NCBI GenBank assembly: GCA_002269645.1
Contig: NIVC01001746.1
Span: 62,001 to 126,000, forward strand
Direction of reading: 5' to 3'
Source: Macrostomum lignano
Lineage: Eukaryota
Length of the DNA: 64,000 nucleotides
Shown: in pieces, positions 1-16,418 of the stretch
Position numbering within the stretch: the first letter of the stretch is position 1
How the letters are laid out: the number at the start of each line of letters is the position of its first letter
The notes under the pieces: generated by a model
What the model saw: only the letters and a program-made list of their open reading frames with translations
Told to the model about the DNA's origin: nothing
Database searches by the model: none
Position numbers and translations under genes: made by a program

Positions 1-37
1 TTAAAAAAACTGAATATTAATTGGCAATTCTTTCGCG

Positions 38-960
38 GTCAATAGCGCGGTACACATAGTCAGTTTCTAGATTCCTGCCATCTGGTTCGCAGAAATTTTC
101 TGTCCATCATCAGTCGTACCAATACACTGCAGTCAATATCGTGTGCAGCAATCTTGTTCGCACATTAAGAAATCATTGTTGAGCCTAGCAATCAGTTTTC
201 AAATCCTGTAAATAGGAGGATTAACAAAGAAGCGGGCGAAATCCTTCCGGGCGACGATGACGTCAGGCCGATTTCTCTACAGAGGAGCATCGGCATCCTT
301 GCCTGCAACTTTGCAGGTGATGAGCTGCCTTCCAGCACTCATGGCGATGGTAGAGATAGACACAGGCGGCTTTCCGGGCAGGCAGTCTCTGGTGCAGAAG
401 CTCCTTGACTTCAACGAGAGTTACGAATGGTTTCTCGGGGACTATTTGGAAGACTCGGGTCTTTCATTTCGGCGTCCAACTTTACATGCCTTCTTCCACC
501 ACACCTCAGCTTGGCAGTCCGAGCTTCTCGAACCCAGGTAGCGATGATCGATCTCGCAGTGGAATTCTTGATGTTTAGGACGTTAGCCAGCGCCTTCCAG
601 TCGTCGCCAGCTTCAAAGGCATCAACCAGTTGATGCCGATCAGTTTTTGTCGTTCGGTTTCTACGGACTTGCTCAGCCAAATTGAATCATAGGAGTTAAA
701 TTTTCAGAGCAAATTAAAGCAGTGGCTATAGAGTAACAGCCATTTTGAGATGTGAGTTAAATAGATCACAGAAAGCGCTAAGTCCATTGAATGCAACCCT
801 ATTTTGATTACAACATGCCAGTAGTGGTAGTCGTTGAGTTTTAAAGGTATGAATGGCATCATATAATAACTAAATTGATTGCTAGGCTCAATAATGATTT
901 CCACATGTGCGAACCAGATTGTAGGAATCTAGAAACTGACTATGTGTACCGCGCTATTGA
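38..960 (-). mobile_element. Defective Tc1/mariner(IS630)-like DNA transposon with ~55-bp TIRs and a truncated, frameshifted transposase N-terminus
   Basis: 38-91 (gtcaatagcgcggtacacatagtcagtttctagattcctgccatctggttcgca) is the near-perfect reverse complement of ~907-960. The internal minus ORF 680-411 is HTH-like (LANVLNIKNSTARSII...GGRRHVKL). It continues in another frame as VSISTIAMSAGRQLITCK...RNRPDVIVARKDFARF with an in-frame stop. No DDE domain seen and no clear TA TSD. Confidence 0.7.
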
Positions 961-1048
961 CTGGGAAATGCTATAAAAAGCGATTTTTAAAATTAAAGAT
1001 AAGATGGCGATTTTTTAAACTGAAGATCAACCGGCCACTTCCTCTCAC

Positions 1049-1664
1049 CTGTTAGCAGGAAGCATATCAGCGCAATGATAGCCGTGTAGCCAAAGAACAG
1101 GCAGGCAGACACGGCGCCGTCCACTGCCATTTTGGTTGCGTAATAGTGCACCGAGTACAGCAGCAGGTAGATGGAGGTGGCACCACCAGTCAGGTACGCC
1201 CGCCACCACCACCTGTGATTCTCGGCGCAGAGCTGGAAATAGCAGAGCAATACGGCGGTCTCCGAGCACGTGATTAGCAAGATGAGAAAGGCCAGGAACA
1301 GGAAGCCGAACATGTAGAACACCTCCGTGCCCCAGATGGAGTTGAAGATCAGGTGCAGCTGGATGAAGATGCACCCGAATGGCAGGATGCCGCCGGCCAG
1401 GATGGATGGCGCGGTGCGCAGGAACAGCGACTGGCGGGGCACCTGCGGATTGGAGTGCGGGTTCACTTGTTAGTTAGTTAGTCAGTCAGTCAGTCAGTCA
1501 GTCAGTCAGTCAGTCAGTCAGTCAGTCAGTCAGTCAGTCAGTCAGTCAGTCAGTCAGTCAGTCAGTCAGTCAGTCAGTCAGTCAGTCAGTCAGTCAGTCA
1601 GTCAGTCAGTCAGTCAGTCAGTCAGTCAGTCAGTCAGTCAGTCAGTCAGTCAGTCAGTCAGTCA

Positions 1665-1697
<33 letters not shown>

Positions 1698-4600
1698 ACC
1701 ACAGCAGGATTTGCACCGACCTGTCTGGGAATTTGGTTGACCCGCACCGGCAGTTCAATAACTGACTTCTTGTAGCCAAAATAGGCCCCGGCAAAGCACA
1801 GCGGAACTGACACGCAGAGCCACAGGGCTAGCAAGCCAACAATAGTGGCGAATGGCACGGCCGCTGAGCTGCCCTTGGCCCACAGCATCAGGTTCAGGAT
1901 GAAGAATACTCCGAACACCAGGCCCGGGCAGAGCAGGGCTGTCAGCAGCACCTGCGGGTGGGGTGATGGCGATTCTTGATAGGGTTGTGGGGCGATTCCT
2001 GATGGGGTTGTGGGGCGATTCCTGATGGGGTTGTGGGGCGATTCTTGATGGGGTTGTGGGGCGATTCCTGATGGGGTTGTGGGGCGATTCTTGATAGGGT
2101 TGTGGGGCGATTCCTGATGGGGTTGTGGAGCGATTCCTGATGGGGTTGTGGGGCGATTCCTGATAGGGTTGTGGAGCGATTCCTGATGGGGTTGTGGGGC
2201 GATTCTTGATGGGGTTGTGGGGCGAATCCTGATGGGGTTATGGGGCGATTCCTGATGGGGTTGTGGGGCGATTCTTGATGGGGTTTGTGGGGCCATTTTT
2301 GGTAGGGTTGTGGGGCGATTCTTGGTAGGGCTGTGTGGCGATTCTCGATGGGGTTGTCGGGCGATTCTTGGTAGGGCTGTGTGGCGATTCTCGATGGGGT
2401 TGTCGGGCGATTCTTGGTAGGGCTGTGTGGCGATTCTCGATGGGGTTGTGGGGCGATTCTTGATGGGGTTGTGGGGCAATTCTTGATGCGGTTGTGCGGC
2501 GATTCTCGATGGGGTTGTGTGGCGATTCTCGATGGGGTTGTGGGGCAATTCTTGATGCGGTTGTGCGGCGATTCTCGATGGGGTTGTGTGGCGATTCTCG
2601 ATGGGGTTGTGGGGGGCGATTCTTGATGGGGTCGTGGGGCTATTTTTTGGGGTGAGGCCTTGGGCGATTTTCGGGGTGAGGCTGTGGGGCGATTCTCAAT
2701 CCAACTGCACAAAACTCATACAAAAATTGATCGCTCACCTGAGTCTTCCAAGCCACGCCCTGGAACCGCTTGTACAGCCGGGCGGACACGTAGCCAGCCG
2801 GGGAGCCCAGCAGGGGGTACAGCACCACAGCGCAGGTCATCAGGGCGCCGCGGTTGGCCGGGCTGAGAAATCCGAGACAGGCAAATGCCAGGGTGATCAC
2901 CGACATGCAGGCCACCTTGGGGCAAGTTTAGTAAAGCATAGGTGAAATACAAATACCATAAATATATGATGGAACTGCTGAAACTGTCTCTCCGCTCCTC
3001 CCTCAGTCCCTGAGTCTGCCTCTCTGCTCCTCCCTCAGTCCCTGAGTCTGCCTCTCCGCTCCTCCCTCAGTCCCTGAGTCTACCTCTCCGCTCCTCCCTC
3101 AGTCCCTGAATCTGTCTCTCCGCTCCTCCCTCAGTCCCTGAGTCTACCTCTCCGCTCCTCCCTCAGCCCCTGAATCTGCCTCTCCGCTCCTCCCTCAGTC
3201 CCTGAGTCTGCCTCTCCGCTCCTCCCTCAGTCCCTGAGTCTACCTCTCCGCTCCTCCCTCAGTCCCTGAGTCTGCCTCTCCGCTCCTCCCTCAGTCCCTG
3301 AGTCTGCCTCTCCGCTCCTCCCTCAGTCCCTGAGTCTACCTCTCCGCTCCTCCCTCAGCCCCTGAATCTGTCTCTCCGCTCCTCCCTCAGCCCTCCCCTC
3401 ACCTGAGCCCCAGACCCGGTCAACACGCAGAGCAGTAGGGGGCAGTCGGGCGTCCTGAACACATCAGCGTGAACCAGCTTCCAGCCAAACTCCTCAGCCG
3501 CATCTTCAAGCTGCTGCTGGGAAGCTCCCACGCCATTATTGTTATACCTGGCAATGTCTTTGTGCAATGTGCGCAGCAGGATCATGGCCACCATGCCGCT
3601 AAGGAATATAACAATGACCAGAGCGTTGATCAGCGTGAACCACTGGATGCTGGAGTGCGGCATGGACTGCAGTATGTAGTCCCAGCGAGAGCTCCAACGA
3701 ATTTTATCGTCGCGAATGAAGTTGACAGAGTAGGTATAGGTTATCTGCCGGGTGAACAGATAGAGAAAATAGCTGCGTTAGATAATGTGATGGAATCATA
3801 TACTAATGTGTGTTAAAGTATTTTATATGACTGACGGACGAGTGTTAGATATGGTAGATTAAGGTGTTAGATATGACAGACTGGGTGTTAAATATATCGG
3901 ATTGGGTGTTAAATATATCGGATTGGGTGTTAGATATGGTAGAATGGTAGATTAAGGTGTTAGATATGACAGACGAGTGTTAGATATGATGGACTGGGTG
4001 TTAGATATGACAGACTGGGTGTTAGATATGGTAGATTAAGGTGTTAGATATGATGGACTGGGTGTTAGATATGACGGACTGGGTGTTAGATATGACGGAC
4101 TGGGTGTTAGATACGATAGACGGGTGTTAGATATGACGCACTTGGTGTTAGATATGGCGGACTGGGTGTTAAATACGACAGACGGGTGTTAGATATGGCG
4201 GACTGGGTGTTAGACACATTAAGATCGCAAACGTATTTTGCAACATATTGTTGCAGAAAACATTGAAGATAAGAAGACACAAGGACCCAAAGCTGTAGCT
4301 AACCTTCAGCTCCTTGTCCAGAGCCTTCTCAATGGGTATAGCCAAAGCCGGCTGACTAGCACTTGAGCAGTCGAGTGAGGCCAACCCAGCCGAATGCGCC
4401 AGACTCATTGGCTCAGCCCTGACAGAAATCACTCGGCCAGCATTCTCCAGACTGTCACCCCAGCTCGAACCGGCGCTGCCGTGATAGGTCACCGTCAGGT
4501 TGACGTGGTTGAACACGTAGGCTGTGTTAGCCGAGCTCAAACGCGAGTCGAATGAAAATGAGGCGCAAGCGTCGCGACGTTCGCCGTTGCTAGACACGTA

Positions 4601-7600
4601 GCAACCGAGTGGGAAACTGGGCAGGCACAGCTGGGAGTGCGGGGTGACGTTTTGAATTTGATTGAAGACAGGCATGCATTCTGTGACTCTGAAGGGGCGC
4701 CATTCTGTGACTCTGATGGGGCGCCATTCTGTGACTCTGATGGGGGCGCCATCTGTGACTCTGATGGGGGCGCCATTCTGTGACTCTGAAGGGGCGCCAT
4801 TCTGTGACTCTGATGGGGCGCCATTCTGTGACTCTGATGGGGGCGCCATCTGTGACTCTGATGGGGGCGCCATCTGTGACTCTGATGGGGCGCCATTCTG
4901 TGACTCTGAAGGGGCGCCATTCTGTGACTCTGATGGGGCGCCATTCTGTGACTCTGATGGGGGCGCCATCTGTGACTCTGATGGGGGCGCCATTTGTGAC
5001 TCTGATGGGGGCGCCATCTGTGATTCTGATGGGGGCGCCATTCTGTGACTCTGATGGGGCGCCATTCTGTGACTCTGATGGGGCGCCATTCTGTGACTCT
5101 GATGGGGGCGCCATCTGTGACTCTGATGGGGGCGCCATCTGTGACTCTGATGGGGCGCCATTCTGTGACTCTGATGGGGGCGCCATCTGTGACTCTGATG
5201 GGGGCGCCATTCTGTGACTCTGATGGGGCGCCATTCTGTGACTCTGATGGGGGCGCCATCTGTGACTCTGATGGGGGCGCCATCTGTGACTCTGATGGGG
5301 GCGCCATCTGTGATTCTGATGGGGGCGCCATTCTGTGACTCTGATGGGGCGCCATTCTGTGACTCTGATGGGGCGCCATTCTGTGACTCTGATGGGGCGC
5401 CATTCTGTGACTCTGATGGGGCGCCATTCTGTGACTCTGATGGGGTGCCATTCTGTGACTCTGATGGGGCGCCATTCTGTGACTCTGATGGGGCGCCATT
5501 CTGTGACTCTGATGGGGCGCCATTCAGTGACTCTGATGGGGGCGCCATTCTGTGACTCTGATGTGGCGCCATTCTGTAAGTCTGATGGGGGCGCCATTCT
5601 GCAAATCCGATGGGGGCGCCATTCTGTAAATCCGATGGGGGCGCCATTCTGTAAATCCGATGGGGGCGCCATTCTTTAAATCTTATGGTGCGCCATTCTG
5701 TAAATCCGATGGGGGCGCCATTCTGTAAGTCTGATGGGGGCGCCATTCTGTGGCTCTGATGGGGGCGCCATTCTGTGGCTCTGATGGGGGCGCCATTCTG
5801 TAAATCTGATGGGGCGCCATTCTGTAAGTCTGATGGGGGCGCCATTCTGTGGCTCTGATGGGGGCGCCATTCTGTGGCTCTGATGGGGGCGCCATTCTGT
5901 AAATCTGATGGGGCGCCATTCTGTAAGTCTGCTGGGGGCGCCATAAAGTGCCATAAAGAGGATTTCTGAGCAGCATAATCTAAGAATAGTTTAGAACTAA
6001 CCTGTTTCTTCTGATCCTCAGACAGCAGGCACCAAGTCACAGGCAGATTGTCCACTATCCAGTGCTGCTGATAATTAAGTAAAATGCCATTCTTTAAGAA
6101 TTGCAGTTTAGCCATTGACGCAGAATCGGAGGGCTTGTAGACCTTGGTGCAGACTGGAATGCAGGACTGAGGCTCAAGAAATTTGATAGAATATGGTGAG
6201 AGGCGAATCCTCTCTCCAAACAGCACCTGGCCAAGATTTTCAACTGGATTGGCAGCTGTTGAGTTTGACTGACAGAAGTCAAATCTGTGATGCAAAATGT
6301 TGGTTTATAAGTATTATATTTCTGTTTTCAAATTTGTACACAAAAATCAATAACTAAATGGCTTACTTATCATATTCATAGGATAGAATAGATTTAGCAG
6401 AATCTAGCCGGTTCACATATAGTGGCAAGTTTGACTGAAGTAAGAATATGGGTTAGTGTATATATTTAATTGTGTTCAACATATAACTTCTATAGTCATA
6501 CATAGACACTATATAGTTCAGAAGGTAACAAAATAAAAATACCAATTATTTTTCAACTCTATTAAAACTTAGTAAAAGTAAAAAGACACAATGATATAAT
6601 TGATAATAAAAATGTTGCAAAACCTAACCAAGATTAAATTTTTTTATTGAATATCCAATTTCTTAGTAAAAATAGTTTTTATAGCAAATATTTTAATAAA
6701 GAAAAAACTTTTAAAAAACAAAAAATTAATTCTTAATAATACATGAATATATGTTACAATAAATATGAGTATGTCACTAAATTGGTATGTGAAAAAACTC
6801 TTATTACATTTACCTATATATTAGCAATGTGGATCAATCTTTATATAGATCAATCTATCTATATATCAAAGCTATTGTGAAATATACTTTTAATATAAAT
6901 TTTAAATTATTAGAAAAGTATATAAAATAAAACAAATTCTAAACTTAGAATGTAGTAAAAATTTTACCATTATCAAAGTAAAACAAAATAATAATATTTA
7001 TTATGGCAGTTGTTATTTGTCCGGTGACCGGACAGATAGCCTTTTTGCTATTTGTCCGGTTAAATTGCTAACACAAATATCTTATTTGTTTCGTGATGAA
7101 TATTCTAGATTTTTTTAGACCTTTTCTTGTATAAAGCAGTATATTCAATATGGCATAATTTGGTGTATAAGACACACACTAGTATAACAATATAATTATC
7201 AAGACACAAGTAAGAAGTCTTTGAAGTCTAAGAATATTTACTCTTGTGGTTTTTATAAACTAGATATTTTAGCATTATCAATTTAACCGGACAAATAACA
7301 AAATGTCTATTTGTCCGGTATTAACCGGATGAATAGGAAAGCATGGTCAGGATCCAGTAACCGGACAAATAACCACATTGCTTTTTGTCCGGTCACTGGA
7401 CAAATAACAACTGCCATTTATTATAGTATAATTATTAAAAGTACAACTACAAGCATAGTACAAAATATTCTTATACTACATACAATAATAATATAATAGG
7501 CCTACAAGGCATACTAGGCTTATTAATATACATATCCTAACCAATAATCTAGGATATTATATAACTGGAACTGTGAATATAATTGTGATTACTAATAGTT

Positions 7601-8033
7601 ATTTAATTTAATAAATATATTTAAAACGATTTCAAAAGTTGTTGCCAAGCTTTAAAGTTGACAATTTATAAAATTTTGTTAGGGCTTAGGCCTAGAATTT
7701 AAGTGCTAGGCCTAGCCTAGAAACATTAATTTGACATTTTATCTATGTATGCTGATATATTCCTGATATAATAATAATCACTCAGGGCCTGTGACTATAT
7801 TAACTTTAATTAGCCCAACATAAATAGTTACATATAATATATGTGCTAGAAGAGATCTAACGATACACAGAAATCAAATAGCCAAGTTAAAAATTAATAA
7901 TTACCTGGCACGAAGCAGTTTTCCTAGTAGCCTCGGTGCAGTAATTGATAGGAGCTAATCCAGGTAGGTAGAAAGCAAATGTGGCTCGAAAAAGAAAAGT
8001 TAGACCTACTAGACAAATTTGAGCGACATGCAT
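1049..8033 (-). CDS. TM9SF2: Transmembrane 9 superfamily member 2-like (nonaspanin); the 3'-terminal exon was not located and probably lies left of the window
   Basis: GT-AG exons (minus): 8033-7905 (MHVAQ...[13 protein letters not shown]), 6434-6367, 6284-6002 (FDFCQ...[15 protein letters not shown]...[13 protein letters not shown]), 4630-4304, 3744-3403 (RWDYIL...[36 protein letters not shown]...[14 protein letters not shown]), 2915-2739, 1951-1721, 1442-1049 ([13 protein letters not shown]...ENHRWWWR). All splice phases are consistent. Confidence 0.93.
1474..1692. repeat. (GTCA)n microsatellite filling a TM9SF2 intron
   Basis: Pure tetranucleotide run between exons 1721 and 1442. Confidence 0.97.
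1962..2700. repeat. Intronic minisatellite, 23-bp unit (ggggcgattcctgatggggttgt)
   Basis: Direct tandem repeat; explains ORFs 1694-2548, 1942-2712 and 2381-2626. Confidence 0.95.
2985..3392. repeat. Intronic minisatellite, 32-bp unit (ctccgctcctccctcagtccctgagtctgcct)
   Basis: About 12 tandem copies between exons 3403 and 2915. Confidence 0.95.
3830..4212. repeat. Degenerate intronic minisatellite, ~21-bp unit (gtgttagatatgacggactgg)
   Basis: Tandem degenerate copies in the intron 4303-3745. Confidence 0.85.
4678..5945. repeat. Intronic minisatellite, 24/25-bp units (attctgtgactctgatggggcgcc)
   Basis: About 50 copies. It makes ORF 4169-6295 read through the intron that joins two true TM9SF2 exons. 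Confidence 0.95.
7005..7415. mobile_element. MITE with ~30-bp TIRs and a 9-bp TSD (Mutator-like)
   Basis: Left TIR GGCAGTTGTTATTTGTCCGGTGACCGGACA matches the right end TGTCCGGTCACTGGACAAATAACAACTGCC. ATTTATTAT flanks both sides (6996-7004, 7416-7424). Internal ttatttgtccggt/accggacaaataa motifs recur. Confidence 0.85.
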
Positions 8034-8284
8034 TTTTACTTTTTATATCATATGAACAATTCTGAAATCTAGACAAGACAAGTCCTTAATTTCCAAAAGA
8101 TTCGATCGATTCTCTTGAAAATCTTAGAGTTTTCCATACTAAATTCGTGCGACTGTTTACTTAGGATTACGTCTGATCGTATTTTTCGGGTAAACTCGGA
8201 AACTCTGCAAACGGTTGGCCAACATTCAAAACTGGAAAGAGGTGCCTCTTAATCTAAAATTTAAAAGAATAAAAAATTTGATAT

Positions 8285-8534
8285 CACCCCACGATATAAA
8301 ACATACGTCCATTTAACTGGGGGGATCGTAAGACGAAAGTGAGGGGGGCGCCCAGAATCGGTTCGCGGTTTTTGCGGCTTTCGGTTCACGGACATTTTAG
8401 AGGCTGAAATTGTTTGTTTAATTGAAGCGTTGATTATACCGACAATTTCCTATCATTTCGATTCTGGGCGCCCCCCTCACTTTCGTCTTACGATCCCCCC
8501 AGTTAAATGGTCGTATGTTTTATATCGTAGGGTG
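8285..8534. repeat. 76-bp-arm inverted repeat (2 mismatches) around a 98-bp spacer, within a cluster of GATCGTAnnACGAAAG motifs
   Basis: 8285-8360 versus the reverse complement of 8459-8534. No TSD found. Confidence 0.85.
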
Positions 8535-9503
8535 TTCGTAAGACGAAAGTGAGTTCGGTTTGGTCTTGCGATCACCTACATATAATTTTACTATTTAAAT
8601 GATCGTATGACGAAAGTGAATATAACCAACGCGTTTCTACAAGACGCAAGATTTGATACTACGATAAAAATACGCTTAGAAGTGGTCCTATTTTGAAGTT
8701 TGATTTTAGGAGCAATTTTAACTTTACTTTTTCGTCTTCTATGTGGGATCGTATAACGAAAGTCCCGACTCCCATAGGGACAGTGCTATGTGATCGTAAA
8801 ACGAAAGAATGCCGCAATTAGCGCATCTGTTCTCAGTTCCTGCAAATCTCAGCCTTTCGAACTGTATAGGGCACTTCACACAGATGCTAGATCATTATTG
8901 ATTGATTCTTCTTCGGCGATCAGGCCATAATTAAGATGCCAGCTCTTGAGTCCAAGACTCTCAATCAAGCCGCGGTGCTTAGGCGGGCATTTTTGTGCAT
9001 GAAGATCATCTTACGCTGGAGCTGAACCTCTTGTCTGAACAATGGAGCGAATTTCGTTTCTAGAAACGCCTTGTCCGGGTGACTCCATGACTTTCCCGCA
9101 CCAGCATTACCTAGCTAAGAGCAGTCACCAAATGAGCGACGCTCCTTTCAGAGACTTTTAGGTTTTGTCAGGCCAGCTATTCTTATTTATTTCTATATAA
9201 ATAAGAATAGCTTCTAATTTCTTATGTAAGTTTAGGTTGTCCTACTACACATGATAGCACAATAGCATTATCAATTAGGCATGATCAATGCTTGTGCATG
9301 GTACGCAATGTATATGTATACATACGAATTATCTTGAATATAGCTATTGTACATTATTTTTAATATTCTCCTTCTTAGAGCAGACGAAGAAATGCAAAAA
9401 ATATGACAAAAAACTGACTGCAATGTTTATATTTTTATACAGTTATAAACATCAAGTCGATCCCATCCCGCACTGTAAAAATGAAAGCCGCTTGGAATCA
9501 ATA

Positions 9504-13630
<4,127 letters not shown>

Positions 13631-13934
13631 GGGTGTGCTGTGTTGTCTTGGCTGGCCTCCGGCTTCGGTCTGATGCCTCCCTCCGAAGGTTTGGGCTCAT
13701 GGATGAAGGACGTGTAATGGATTGCTAGCCTAGGTGGGCTCAAACGTTGAAGCAACTTTTGTTGGCTTTTTTACATAGACACTGGCTGCTGCGCATTGCA
13801 AAAGAGGAAGTTGCTGAGAAACTGCGGATGGAAGTCATGCCTTGATGTAAACACGGAGAGAGAAGCACTGAGAAGTAGACACGGAGAGCGTAGGCATTGA
13901 GTAGTAGATACGGAGAGAGTAGACATTGAGGGAT

Positions 13935-14640
13935 CTGGGAGGCTGGCACAGCAGCTGAGAATCTGGGAGGCTGGCACAGCAGCTGAGAATCTGGGAGGCT
14001 CACACAGCAGCTGAGAATCTGGGAGGCTGGCACAGCAGCTGAGAATCTGGGAGGCTGGCCCAGCAACTGAGAATCTGGGAGGCTGGCACAGCAGCTGAGA
14101 ATCTGGGAGGCTGGCACAGCAGCTGAGAATCTGGGAGGCTCACACAGCAGCTGAGAATCTGGGAGGCTGGCACAGCAGCTGAGAATCTGGGAGGCTGGCA
14201 CAGCAACTGAGGATCTGGGAGGCTGGCCCAGCAACTGACGATCTGGAGTAGACACACACAGGGAGAGAGAGTAGACATTGAGAAGTAGACCATGGAGAGA
14301 GAGGTATTGAAAAGTAGACACAGAGAGAGTAGGCATCGGGAAGTAGACACAGAGAGAGTGTCTCTGTGTAGACACAAGTAGACACAGAGAGAGAGAGAGG
14401 CATTGAGAAGTAGACACGGAGAGAGTAAGAAATGAGAAGTAGACTCCAAGAGAGAGTAGGAATTGAGAAGTAGACTCCAAGAGAGAGTAGGCATTGAGAA
14501 GTAGACACGAAGAGAGTAGACACAGAGACAGTAGGCACTGAGAAGTAGGCACTGAGAAGTAGACACAGAGAGCGTAGGCATTGAGAAGTAGACACGGAGA
14601 GAGCAGACATTGAGAAGTAGACACAGCAGTAGTACCTGAA
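13935..14640. repeat. Two adjacent minisatellites: 28-bp (13935-14235) and degenerate ~29-bp (14240-14640)
   Basis: ctgggaggctggcacagcagctgagaat repeats, then gagaagtagacacggagagagtaggcatt-like repeats. Confidence 0.9.
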
Positions 14641-15149
14641 AAGCAGACATTAAGAGATCATACAGAAACGAGTAACAGACGCAGCAAACCAGCGAATCAG
14701 CCTCAATTCAACCAAAGTAAACACGGGCTTGCAAGTTGGAGGGAATGTCAGGCAAAAGATACGCTATGAAAACAATGTAAATTTCCGTAAGCGAATTTAA
14801 ATCAAATAGAAATACAATAAGTTCGCAACAGTCGCTCGCGTTTACCTGCACAGATAAAAGTCCTATCCTAAGAAGCAGGTCGAATTTGACGTTGTTAAAC
14901 TGCTATACATTTACTTGCGATATGTTGAGATGGTACATACTGCAAGGTAAAAATCGTATGTCACTCGTACGATAAGCAATCTATGGACAGCATCCATAGA
15001 CACTGAATCTAAAATATTGGACAGCAACTTTACAAATCATGGACATCCTTTTGAGTTTAAGGACACCCATTTGTGTGTAAGAAAACCCATTAGCAATTCA
15101 TTGACAACTATTTTAGAATTCATGGACAGTGGAAACCCACTTAAGAGTT

Positions 15150-15810
15150 CATGGAACCCATTTAACAATCCATGGACACCCGCTTGAGAGTTCAAGGACA
15201 CCTATTTAACAATCCGTGGACACCCAAATGAGAGTTCAAGGACACCTATTTAACAATCCGTGGACACCCGCTTGAGAGTTCAAGGACACCTATTTAACAA
15301 TCCGTGGACATCCAAATGAGAGTTCAAGGACACCTATATAACAATCCGTGGACACCCAAATGAGAATTCAAGGACACCTATATAACAATCCGTGGGCACC
15401 CAAATGAGAATTCAAGGACACCTATATAACAATCCGTGGACACCCAAATGAGAATTCAAGGACACCTATATAACAATCCGTGGACACCCAAATGAGAGTT
15501 CAAGGACACCTATATAACAATCCATGGACACCCAAATGAGAGTTCAAGGACACCTATATAACAATCCGTGGACACCCAAATGAGAATTCAAGGACACCTA
15601 TATAACAATCCGTGGACACCCAAATGAGAATTCAAGGACACCTATATAACAATCCGTGGACACCCAAATGAGAGTTCAAGGACACCTATATAACAATCCG
15701 TGGACACCCAAATGAGAATTCAAGGACACCTATATAACAATCCGTGGACACCCAAATGAGAATTCAAGGACACCTATATAACAATCCGTGGAAACCCGTT
15801 GAGAGTTCCC
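15150..15810. repeat. Intergenic minisatellite, 44-bp unit
   Basis: ggacacccaaatgagaattcaaggacacctatataacaatccgt, about 14 copies. Confidence 0.95.
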
Positions 15811-16418
15811 GGACAACCATTTAAGGACATCACTTAAGAGTTCATGGACAACCACTTAAGAGTTCATGGACAACCACTTAAGAAGTCAAGGACACCAATT
15901 TGATAATTCAAGGTCATTGAATTGGACACTCAATTCAGCTTCTGTTTGTTCAGAGGCTGGTATCAATTTTAAACAGTTTGAAAGTGAGAATCAGCAGAGA
16001 CAGTTTCAAAGCAAATAATAAATTATTAATGTCATTAACTGTTGCAAAAAACACCATTCACCGATGTATTGTTTGACACACAATTTAAACTAAATGTGTT
16101 ACAACTAATATGTACACTACTATTAATTGAAATAAAACGAAATTAAAAATAAACAATTCTCATTAATCGCATGATTTGCACTCAGTTGAGAGCATTGGAA
16201 TAAATAAAAAACAAATTTCTAGGTAAAAACATTTGATAACAGATTTCTAGATTTGCAATAATACAACTTTGCTGTTTTTGCTTTTAGATTTTGCAACGGA
16301 GCGTTAAAATACGTGTGTACGAATGCAATTTTTGTGCGGAAGCAATTCAATTAAACAGTAGCCAAAGTGTTTAAAAGTGCAATGACTATTGATGACAATT
16401 TGACGCAAATATTGGATA

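Noticed and set aside
4169-6295. 708-aa ORF suggesting a repeat-containing TM9SF protein
   Set aside because: It is two real exons (6284-6002, 4630-4304) bridged by a stop-free minisatellite intron with canonical GT/AG ends.
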